A stretch of 64,000 bases of DNA from Amoebophrya sp. A120 (taxonomy: Eukaryota; Protista; Dinoflagellata). Positions 34,916-44,958 of the stretch are shown here, one piece after another. Numbering within the stretch: position 1 is the first letter of the stretch; every line of letters starts with the position of its first letter. Under the pieces are notes generated by a model. The model had not been told where the DNA came from. It saw only the letters and a list, made by a program, of their open reading frames with translations, and searched no databases. The translations under genes and the position numbers were made by a program. The DNA lies in NCBI GenBank assembly GCA_905178155.1, contig CAJINV010000003.1, positions 878,517 through 942,516 of the forward strand, in the 5' to 3' direction.

Positions 34916-36787
34916 ATGGCAACGACGAAGAAGAAATTCACAACCGCCGCTCTGCCTCAGGACGCCTTGTTGGTAGAGCAAGAGGTAGAGCGGTCAGTTG
35001 AGACACCGCCTCCGGCGCCGGAAATACCGCCAATCAAAATCGATTTTCATCGTGCTGGCCTCGGGAAGCTGTTCGGAGCTACTGGAGGTCCTGCTGCAGC
35101 TGCAGCTGCAAACAGCACATCAGCTAAGGACACAACCGCAACATCTAGCACTGCCGTGGACGAAGATGTGCACCAGACAACTAAGGACAAACACAGCGAG
35201 GATGACGGGGATAGTACCGCACGACCTCCCCATTCGGCAACAAGTTCAGCTAGCACCTCAAGCGGCAAGGCGTCGAGCATCTCCGCTAATATCGAAACAG
35301 AGCGTGAGAATAGCGCAGCGGCGCCTGCTCCTGGTGTCAACACGGAAACAAAAAACCTGGATGTGGATTATATTAACCAGAATGTTGACAGCAAAGACTC
35401 CTGGAGTAGCAAAAGCAGTCCGCACGAAGAGGTCGCGACGATCACGATCTCTGACGAAAGCATTAAAAATCTTTCCGCGTCGGTGGAGGAGAGGCAGCAG
35501 CAGGAGCACGAAAAAAAAGTTGCTGCACTTGAGTTCAACAACTTCTCTACCATGAACCCTTCGGTACGAGCGAACATTCTGAACGACCTTGACGCGAAGA
35601 AAATTTCTAGTGTCAAGCGGCTGATGCGCCAGCTGCTGGAAGCTGCGGAAAGAACCGCGGCCAAAAATGAGGAGCAGAAAAACGCAAAGAACAGCAAGCC
35701 GCGGCAAAAGGACCAAGCCGACAAGCACGACACCACTAGCCTGTCTACAGCGGAGGTCACATCCTTTGCCAAATTCTTTGGCGGCCTCGATGCGGGTTGC
35801 CTGCGGTTTCTGCGGGTGGCCCACTTTGATATAGAAAAGTCGCGCGAGAGGATCGTGGCAGCGACGAGGTGGCGAACGCACACGATCGAAAAAGACTTCG
35901 CGGGCGTAAGGAACATCCTGCGCAACAACCCGCGCTTCCAGAAACTGTTCTTCCCTTGTGTCGGGTCCGCGATCGTCTCCGCGAAAAACCCCCTGCCACC
36001 CGTGGATCTCGAGAACAACGAAATCCTTTGCGGGTACGACGGCAGTCCGGTGGAGCTGTGGCGGTTGTGCAACGTGGATTTCGACACGATATTCTCGGAA
36101 TACACCGACAAGGAGGTGGAGTTGGCCTACATCACCTACTGCTTGACCAAGGAGGAAACCTGCCGCAGGACGCGGTCCAAGAGCATCATTTCCCTCGTCG
36201 ATGCGAAAGACGGACCCAGTCTGGCGTCCATGCTGTTCAAGCACATGGCGACCATCCACCGGTACACGCACTGGATGGCGGCGTACGGAAAAGAGTACTT
36301 TCCCGACAGCGTGACCAAGGTGATTCTCTACAACGCGCCGCCGGGGGCGGAATGGCTCTTCAACATGTTCAAGGGTCTCACGGTCTCCGACGTCGCAAGG
36401 GAGCAGGTAGTCATCCTGTCGGCTGGCATTCCCGAATCTTCGAACCACTACTGGCCAGCCCCACGTCGGGACCGAACGACGAGGACCAGCACCGGCTCCA
36501 CAACAAGTACGACTTCGGCGAGCGATGGCACAAAAAATTCTTCAGTAAAATCTGGTGCGGATTTTACTGACTCGAGAAAAACCTCGACCACGGCGCAGCC
36601 TCCAGCATCTCGCGAGTCCTCGTCAAGAACCACGCGTATTTCGATTTCCGTGGCCACTTCAAATAAAAATATCGACACCCGCGCACTCGAAGAAATTCAA
36701 AAAGTTTTGGACTACGACCAAGTCGTGCCAGAACTCTATCGAAGACTACCTGTCGTGAAAGACAAAGACAAGAAAGTCAAAGCATGA
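34916..36787 (+). CDS. CRAL-TRIO/Sec14-like protein, paralogue 2 (intronless)
   Basis: CLRFLRVAHFDIEKSRERIVAATRWR (CRAL-TRIO N), GYDGSPV, IISLVDAKD, YFPDSVTKVILYNAPPGAEWLFNMFK. Confidence 0.88.
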   Translation: MATTKKKFTTAALPQDALLVEQEVERSVETPPPAPEIPPIKIDFHRAGLGKLFGATGGPAAAAAANSTSAKDTTATSSTAVDEDVHQTTKDKHSEDDGDSTARPPHSATSSASTSSGKASSISANIETERENSAAAPAPGVNTETKNLDVDYINQNVDSKDSWSSKSSPHEEVATITISDESIKNLSASVEERQQQEHEKKVAALEFNNFSTMNPSVRANILNDLDAKKISSVKRLMRQLLEAAERTAAKNEEQKNAKNSKPRQKDQADKHDTTSLSTAEVTSFAKFFGGLDAGCLRFLRVAHFDIEKSRERIVAATRWRTHTIEKDFAGVRNILRNNPRFQKLFFPCVGSAIVSAKNPLPPVDLENNEILCGYDGSPVELWRLCNVDFDTIFSEYTDKEVELAYITYCLTKEETCRRTRSKSIISLVDAKDGPSLASMLFKHMATIHRYTHWMAAYGKEYFPDSVTKVILYNAPPGAEWLFNMFKGLTVSDVAREQVVILSAGIPESSNHYWPAPRRDRTTRTSTGSTTSTTSASDGTKNSSVKSGADFTDSRKTSTTAQPPASRESSSRTTRISISVATSNKNIDTRALEEIQKVLDYDQVVPELYRRLPVVKDKDKKVKA

Positions 36788-38535
36788 AGACGCTTTTTGT
36801 AGCGAGGTGTCGTAACGTCGTGTACTACTAGTACTTAATAGTTCATCTCCCGTGTTGATGAAGCTCAGTAGAAGACTGACGCGCAGCTTACGCTTGCACA
36901 TACATTTTCTGGCACAATCGTCCCTTTCCTGAGTTACTAAACGTAAATCGAGATGACCATAGAAGAAGAGGAACGGAAATCACATATGGCCTGCTCTGTG
37001 GATCTCGTAAAGAGCCTCGCCAGCACGTTATTTGATTTCAGTTTTTTCAGCAAGAGCAGCGCTGTCTGCCGTGTCCCTTGTCCCTTACCCGTAGTACCAC
37101 GTCACTATCACATTTAACGTATCGCAACGCAACCAACAAATCTACGGGGCATCGGGGTCTATCGCTGTGTGGAAGAATTTACATGATCTTGTACGTTCTT
37201 CATGAGTATAAATGGTCCACATAATGCGATTTGTGCGTCGATGTTCTTTTTCTCGCACAGGAGAACGCACCTCGTAGCTGTCCAACTTTTACTTACGGTT
37301 TTATTGTTCCCACTTATGTGTATGTTTGAATGCCAGTCCGACTCCGAGTGCGACTACAGCACTCCTGCTACAGCGCAACATCAGATTGACCAAAAGTAGT
37401 TGTTTCGTGGGATGCTGTTCGTGCCAAGATTGTCTCAATGGGTCTCGCTAGGAAACAATTTTTTTACATCGGTTCGTCCAAAGTGATGATAAAGTCAACA
37501 TGTTGACAGTTCGTGTCGGTCAATGACTTACGTTCGAGTCGTAACCACAAGCAAAGCGTACACAAAACGAAGAACAACGACCCGTGGCTCGGTGTCAGTT
37601 TCTGTCTTCTACAACAAGATTTATTTTTTCTAATGCTGATGCAGCAGATTCGGTACCTCACACTTGCTCAACTTCGTGCATCGGGCTCGGGAAATTACAA
37701 TTATCGACACACAAATTCTAAAGCTAATGTCATCCTCGTGACCACAACACGTCAGAGCAGCACGACAAGTTTTTATACGTGTACGTCTTGTGCAGCCCGC
37801 ACCACGCGGACCCACAGCTATCCTCCATTTTTTTGAGAAAATATTGATATTCCCGTTTCGACAGGCGCTGTGGTATTCCCCCGCTCGATATCATTACCCC
37901 CCTTTTTGCAAAGTGAATCTCTATCTCACGTGAGCTTGCTACGCTAATGCTTCTAGTACCTTTCGAAACGCTACTTCTTCGTAAAGATAGAGGATCCGAA
38001 CGAGACACAGTTGCGAGCGCGCTAGTTCGATAGCCGTACGGTTTTTTTTGTTTCTGGGCCACTGTACGAGACCGTTGTTGGTATTTGCTTTCGACGCAGG
38101 AGTCACATCACTTGGTGGACACATATTTTTTCAAAAAGAGCTGCACGACGCCACCGTACTATTAAAAGTACCTGTACTAGCTTCTCTTTAGTTTTCCTTT
38201 TAGTAAAAGGATAAAATTTGTTTTTGTTTGGTTCTACAAGCGGAACGATTACAAGTGGACTCAAGACCTCCCGCCCCCGGCGTACCATTGTTGCCGCGGT
38301 GAGAAAGGAGAGCTCTTAGCCCTTGTTGCAGCAGAGCCAGCAAAGCCGGTGGGATCATACCACCTCGACGAGAACTGAACGATCCCCTGCTCATCTCTTT
38401 CAGTGTCAATGCTAGCGCGAGGGCGAGGGGGGACCACAGGGCCATGATCAAGTTCGAGTCAAAGGATTGATACACAGGCGGAGGCGAAGATGATGAAGCG
38501 GCAGTCGTGCTGATTTTCGTTATCGTACGGTTACT

Positions 38536-41500
38536 ATGCGAGAAGGCGAGCATCACCAATCTTCGCCGAGCACCGACGGGGGTGTGAAGATGATTCAACA
38601 CGACGACAGCATGTTCGTGCGAGAGCTGACGGAGAAGAATCTGAACGGGTGTGTTAGTGCGAACGTCGGCACTGATGAAGCTGCACTGGACCAGGACCAC
38701 AGCAAATTTGAGGACTGCAGCATTTCGCCGGACGATGTGACCCTGTTCAACAAAACCGCCGGACAGCATGGTTACACAAAGATATCATCAGCTGAAGTTC
38801 TCCCGCCGAGTTTGCGAGACACAACCGCCAGTGAAGAGAACCCGGATACTAGTGATGCCAGGGAGAATACGACCAATACGACTACCGCTTCCACCTCGAC
38901 CTTCAACCGCACGAGCGAATGGTACAAAAATAATCTGTACCGTGGGCGCGAACCGGACCAGTTGCCAGTCGCCTGGGAGCCCGGGCTATCACAGGAAAAA
39001 AGTGTTACAGTTACACATTTGCTGGAGTTTCTGCATCACAAAGTTGCTCGACATGGCTAAGAAAACCTGTGATGCGCAGACTATAAGGGAAAACACCAAT
39101 GAAATGAGGATGGCAAGCATTTCCTGCATGACAGAAGTTGCCTGTCTTGCTTGTTTCGCAACACAATGTGTAACTGTAACACTTTTTTCTTCGCATACGG
39201 ACTCACGGCCGCGGACTTTCACCCGGCCGAGACGGAAGAGGAATTTTGTCTATGCATTGCAAATATGTCTGGGTCTGGAAACTTGTAATGCTAAAAGCGC
39301 ATGAGAGCTCTACTGCAATACGGAGCCACGCATGACAAATTTTTGGGCTCCCTTGTGTTGCGTGTTCCGCATGGCAAACTGCGTTTTTGCATGACAGTTA
39401 AGAAGACCGCTTCATGCCCATGCATGACAGATTCTTGAGTCATGTCAGACATGCATGACAATGTAGCAATCTTCCAGACCCAGACACTTTTGCATTCCAT
39501 ATTGTCGTCGCTACACCTACTGGCGCTTCCCCTTCATCACCGCGGACGGGCGCCGGAAGACGCTGCAGACCTTCGGCGCGGACGTGACTGAGGAAAGCTT
39601 GTTGACTGTCGGAACATTAGGTGGAGCAAGAAATAACAATAGTAGTTCTACAAACGCAGCAGGAGCAGGACCTCCAACAAAGGCAGGATACAGTAGCAAA
39701 GCAAACAACATCTCGGTTTCCAAGCACGAGCTGCTGATGAAGCAGATGCTGTGTTTTCTGCTGAAGTTTGTGTGCAACCGCGAGGCGATCAACGCGCTTC
39801 CGATCGTAAAAAAGAAAGCTCCCTGGTGCGAAGCGGTCACCCCGCTGGCGACAGCGGCGAGCATCCAGTTTCTTGGCGGCTATGAGAACGTCGCACTGCG
39901 GTACTTGAAGCTGAATTCCTGGCGGCTCACGAAGGCAAAGCTTTCTTTGATAGAAGCCATCCGCTGGCGGTGCGTGGACCTGCCAAGGATCTTGCTGCAC
40001 ACCAAACCCTCCAGCGAGAAAAACACCACCATATTCGCGCCAGCGCTGGCCCCCTCGGCGCTCCGAGGACGCAGTGCGTCTCGGGGCTCGAAAAGCGGTC
40101 CGAATAGTCGCGGGAGCACAAAATCCAAGAGCCGGGCGCGGAGCGGTAGTAGCCCCCGATCGGGGAAGGAACGGGAGATGAACAGGGTGGAACATCAAAG
40201 CCGGGAGAATAGTGCCGCAGCAGGAGGCGCTGCAAAAACCAATTTGCTAGAGCAGATGACAGGAGGTTTGTCCACAACTGTGACTACCCCTGTGGCCACC
40301 ACCCCGCAACCTCCAGAGAAGGCGTTCGTCGGCGAGCATTTGTTTTCCCGTCGCCTGTTTCCGATCATGGGGATACCGTTCGTGGAAGTAACGCCCCTTG
40401 CAGACATTCACGACCTGGTGCAAAACCCCGACAGGCTAAATCCGAAGTCCTCCTATAGAACTGCAGGTATCAGTAAGCGCAAGTAGGACCGCTATAATAA
40501 AGAAGTACCGTTTATTCTCATGATGTTATGGTTACACTTGTATCTGTATCATCTACATCTATTAGTACAGCGCAAAAATAACGAAGTTAGAAGTAGAAGT
40601 TGCGAGTAGAATACTAATGTCAAAAAGTTGCATCCACTACAGGAGCCGCTACGATAGCAGTTTCCGCTATCACTCCGGGCGAGACTCCGGGCGGCGCGGC
40701 GACATCACAGCTAGAGTTGGATTTGCTAATGCGCTTCGAAAGCAAGACAAAACCCGGCAGTGGCACCCCGGGAAGATATAATAATGGCACAACAGCAGGA
40801 GGACCACATGGTCGTACAGCAGGTGCACCAGAGGGGGAAACGAGTCCGGATTCGTCGCCCACCGTGCAGCCGCGACCGAGAAGGAGTATGTTGGCACGGT
40901 GCTGGGGCTCCCTCTCTCCGAGAAAAAGGAAACTTCGAAGCAGCATGAGTTTAGGTAGTACACCGACTCCCGCAATGTCACGAGGCGGGAACAGCAGTAG
41001 TACAACTTCTTTTTACAGCAGTGCCGTGCCGCACCCGAGTTCTTTCGCAGCAAAAGCAAACGGCACAAACGAGGAAACCACTACGAGTACCGCGTCGTCT
41101 TCGGCGAAGGGTAATGGGAATGGGACATCATCAGCTCAGCACCTCCCAAATGGAGCTGCTGCAATATTGGAGGAAGTGGACGCAAGGTCGGAAACTTTTT
41201 CCTTTGTATCGCTGACCGACCCGCAACCCTCCCCGCTCGGCCCGCTGCGGGGCGAAGGTAGCTCGGGCGTCTCGAGGTTCAACGCCAGCGCCACAATTAT
41301 AACAGAGACCGAAGAAGAGCAGGACGTCGGAGCTGTTGTTGTGCAGCCTGCAGGTGGTGCTTCCACGAACAACGACACAAGTTCTTCCACGACCGCGAAC
41401 AATACAAACGCTCGCCCCGTCGGTAGTTCCCGTGCGCAGTCGAAAAGTCTCTTGAACATGCTGTCGAGTCCGATCTCCTCGCGCGCGACGCCAAAAGCCC

Positions 41501-42987
41501 CTTCTAGTATGACGACGCCCTCGTCCGCAGGAGGTAATCCTTACCAGATATTCGACCAAGGCAGCAGCGGCGCAGGCGGCGCGCCGCAGCTGCACCTGGA
41601 TCCAGCACTAGTGGCGGAGATCGCCGGCGGCAGGATCGAGGCGGTGCTGCACAACCCGAAGGTCGTGCCCTCATCGCCCTCGTCGTCCGCCTCTCGGGTA
41701 GTCGTCCGAGACGACCAAAATGCCGTTTCCCCAGCCGCCACGACAAACTCGAGCTCCAGTGTTTCTAACCCGAAAATAGTTTTAACAACAGCAACGAAAG
41801 GTTTAGGTTCCTCAACCACGACGTCTTCGAAAATGGAAACAAAACCGCGAACGGACCCGCTCCGGAACGTGAAGATTTACCTGGCGTACGACGGCAGTCC
41901 AGTAGAGTACTGGCAGCTGAAGCACCTGGACTTCGTATCGAAAGGAAAAATCCCCCCTCCCCATATCAAAACGGAATTTCTTATGCTGGATTTGTGTACA
42001 CAAATCAGGTCTGTATTGCAGAGAGGCACTGTGGCCAGATCCCCAGGCTAGGCAGGGGCGTATGGGTCTAGTTGTTCAGCATGGCAAACGGCGCCCCTTT
42101 AGGCCCAATTAGCATGACAAAGCGCTTCCATAATGGGGCGGAAGCTTCTGCCCTCGTCTTCTTGCAAGACAGATGTGATTTGTGACCTCAAATCAGCAAC
42201 AAATATATCAAATATCACCTCCAGGGCTACGTGCGACCCCTCCGACGCTGCGTGTGGAAGGAGGAAGTTCGGCGTGTTGGGGGTGAGGGACCCCCGACGT
42301 TGGCCTACGGATATCATGGGGAACTAAGGCTCAAATCAGCAACACAAATTCCCGGAAACATACCTTTTCGATATGGGGAGGGGGGATTTTTCCTTTTGAT
42401 ACTTCGAGACCATGTTTACGGAGTACAGCACGGAGGAGGCGACGCTGGTCTACGTGCACTACTTGTATCCGAAGTAAATTTCCTGTACACGTACAAATGC
42501 GGTCTCTGCATGGCAAAACTTGGCTTCGATCCTAGTTTTGCATGACAAGCTTCACACTCCAAATTGGGAAAATTTGTGATGCATCTTGTGCATGTACGGA
42601 AAATTTGTATTGCATAACTTGGAAGCCAAGGAGCGCGTGTGCCGCGCGACCGGCTCTCGGCAAACGACGCTGCTCCTCGACTGCGCCGGCGTCAGCATGG
42701 GGCACGTGGCCACCTGTACCAAGTTCATGCACCGGTTCAACAAATCGTGCCTGAGTCTCGGGGACAGCTTCTACCCCGACGGCGTGAAACAGACGTGGCT
42801 GGTGAACATGCCCTACGCGGCGGCGTTTCCGCTGAAGGTAACCCTGAGTCTCCTTGCCCAGTCAACAAGGGAGTCCGTGCGGGCCTTCACGCGCAACTCC
42901 TCGGGTCTGCCACCCGAAATCCTCACATTGTTGCCGCTGGAGGAATATGAAGCCCTCACCGTCCCGATGGAGAACTCCGTCATATGA
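38536..42987 (+). CDS. CRAL-TRIO/Sec14-like protein, paralogue 3 (four TIR-element introns, one GT-AG intron); start uncertain
   Basis: Exons 38536-38986, 39203-39250, 39507-40466, 40643-41935, 42407-42465, 42622-42987 join in frame; ALRYLKLNSWRLTKAK..AIRWR, AYDGSPVEYWQL, LLLDCAGV, FYPDGVKQTWLVNMPY. Confidence 0.82.
38987..39197. mobile_element. Introner-like TIR element, family E (copy E2, inverted relative to E1)
   Basis: TATCACAGGAAAAAAGTGTTACAGTTACACATT / AATGTGTAACTGTAACACTTTTTTCTTCGCATA; repeat CGGGC/CGGAC; 216 nt removal restores frame. Confidence 0.9.
39251..39501. mobile_element. Introner-like TIR element, family C (copy C3, inverted relative to C2)
   Basis: TATGCATTGCAAATATGTCTGGGTCTGGAA / TTCCAGACCCAGACACTTTTGCATTCCATA; direct repeat TTGTC; 256 nt removal gives EEFC-R-RYTYW, joining ORF 39584. 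Confidence 0.93.
41936..42401. mobile_element. Introner-like TIR element, family G
   Basis: ~36-bp TIR TATC(G/A)AAAGGAAAAATCCCCCCTCCCCATATC; direct repeat CTTCG; 471 nt removal gives KHLDF-E-TMFTEYS, matching paralogue NVDFDTIFSEYT. Confidence 0.95.
42466..42616. mobile_element. Introner-like TIR element, family H (copy H1)
   Basis: TATCCGAAGTAAATTTCCTGTACA / TGTACGGAAAATTTGTATTGCATA; direct repeat ACTTG; 156 nt removal gives VHYL-EAKERVCR. Confidence 0.92.
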
Positions 42988-43690
42988 TGCCGGGAGTATA
43001 AGTCGCTTGAAAAGAAAACAATTCGAGAACCATACTAGGCAGAAGTTGTCCTGGTAGATGAGCAGGACTGCTCGTCTACTGGTGTTGAACAGTTGTCAAC
43101 TGTCGATTTTCTACTGGTGTACTTTCAGGCTAAACTGTATGATATGTGATTCGCGTCCACCATCAAAAACAGATGTAGACCGAACATGAAAATCAAAAAC
43201 GCCTGCACAACCTGTACAATTCATCGAAAAAAACGTCAACATGAACTTTCTTCACCTCTCCGCGCGTGGTGCGTCCTGCTTTTCCGCAGGATCGGTAAGA
43301 AAATCGATGTTCGGACGAAGGGGAAGGATGGTAGCGCGCCAAGATGAAAAATCAGATCTTCAAACACGGCAAGATCTTTATCTTCATCTTCTTTCTGAGG
43401 ATCACATGAGGCTACTAGCTGAACCCAGCTAGTTCGGGGAGTCCGATTAGCTTTATCTTTACGTCGGAGAAGATGAAAGTCGCTCCATCATCTGGAGTTC
43501 TTGACTACTTATGTTTCGATTTCGTGGTCGCATTAAGTTGTCAATATTGTTTCCGCCAACATGTTTGAGATCTTCAGGACAAGTTCTAGTTCCGTGATGG
43601 TTATTGTTTTCTGTTTCTCTTCGATTTCATTTTCTTTTTCATCCATGATGGTTAGACTGTCAGTGTCACGATCACCTTTGAAGTAGCAAA

Positions 43691-44338
43691 ATGGGTCTCA
43701 CCGCCGTGATGTCGGAACACAAGCCACCCAGCGGAACGAGCAACCCAGCTACAGAAACAACGGCCTCTCCGAATTATGGCCCCTTTGAATGGAGGGTCAT
43801 AGGCGCAGACGAAATGGTTCCTCGTGGATTCGAGTTGAGGTGCGACTTTTCAACGGGCACAAACTACGTCCATGTGCCGCAGCGGTTTTGCCTGCCCCAA
43901 AAGAACCCAAAATGGCATCAGCACGTCTGTAACCTTGCCGCCTGGGGTGAGCTGGACAAACTGCGCGTGGAATTGTCAGATCTGAAGAAAACACCCCCAG
44001 GCGTCCTGCATAATGCCGTGGAGCAAGGGCACCAGAATGTGCTAGAATTTTTACTACAGCGCAAGGCGAATGTGGTAGATTTTGACGAGCACGGGCAAAC
44101 GGCACTGCATGCAGCGTGTAAAGCAGGCAACGAGCCGGTGCTGACTTTATTGATGAGGCATGAACTGCGGGAGAAGGGCGCAGATGAAAGTAAAAATCAG
44201 TTTCACTACCTCGAAAACCAACAAGGCCGCACGCCTGAAGGCCTGTTAATTCAACAAGATTTGCGACCCGTGGCACGGAGGATAACGGAATTGACAACAG
44301 AATGGAATCAGATACAGAATCAAAATTGCAAAAATTGA
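43691..44338 (+). CDS. Small ankyrin-repeat protein with N-terminal SIL1-N-like motif
   Basis: LHNAVEQGHQNVLEFLLQRKANV, GQTALHAACKAGNEPVLTLLM; N-terminal FEWRVIGADEMVPRGFELRCDFSTG. Confidence 0.8.
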   Translation: MGLTAVMSEHKPPSGTSNPATETTASPNYGPFEWRVIGADEMVPRGFELRCDFSTGTNYVHVPQRFCLPQKNPKWHQHVCNLAAWGELDKLRVELSDLKKTPPGVLHNAVEQGHQNVLEFLLQRKANVVDFDEHGQTALHAACKAGNEPVLTLLMRHELREKGADESKNQFHYLENQQGRTPEGLLIQQDLRPVARRITELTTEWNQIQNQNCKN

Positions 44339-44958
44339 TAGAACACCCGAATTCAACACCGAAGAAGAACAACCTGGCAAGTTGTTGCTTCACAAACCGT
44401 TCAAAGCGAGAAAAAGGAAAGAAGGAGATCAGATGGAGGTTTGATCTGCATAATCATGATCTGTACGACCTTGAACCACCTTCGACGCCGCGTGCAAAGG
44501 TACTACCAGATGAAAGAATGATAGAGATCAACTGGTCGTGATCTATCATGTTTCATCTACATCTTGCAAAAGCCACGCGTTCTTTTTGAACGAAGAAGAA
44601 CAAGAATTCAAATACGTTGGATCAAACGGATGAAAACAGAGGCGGGAACGACTGCTCATATTGATCGTTGACTTTGTTGCGCTCCCGGTCCCATGCCGTT
44701 CTAACTATTCGAATTCGATAGTCGTCCTCCAGCGCATGCAAAAAATAGGTACAGTTTTCCATATTTCGCACGGTCAGCACGTTTTTTCCGTAGGTGGCAC
44801 AGCGAAGTAGAAAAGCGATGTCCTTGATTTGGATTTTTACGCGACGAGCCCTTTAGTACTACAAGTTGAAGTTAGACTAGGAGTTTGATGATATTTTTGC
44901 TTTGTCTTTACTTTCCGGCCTGTCCTCTTCGTGTTTGAAGAAAAAAGCAAAAAAAAGG

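Noticed and set aside
35258-36448. Long antisense ORFs (396 aa here; also 17459-18265, 13529-14221, 232-1068)
   Set aside because: Shadows of GC3-rich + strand genes with clear coding signal.
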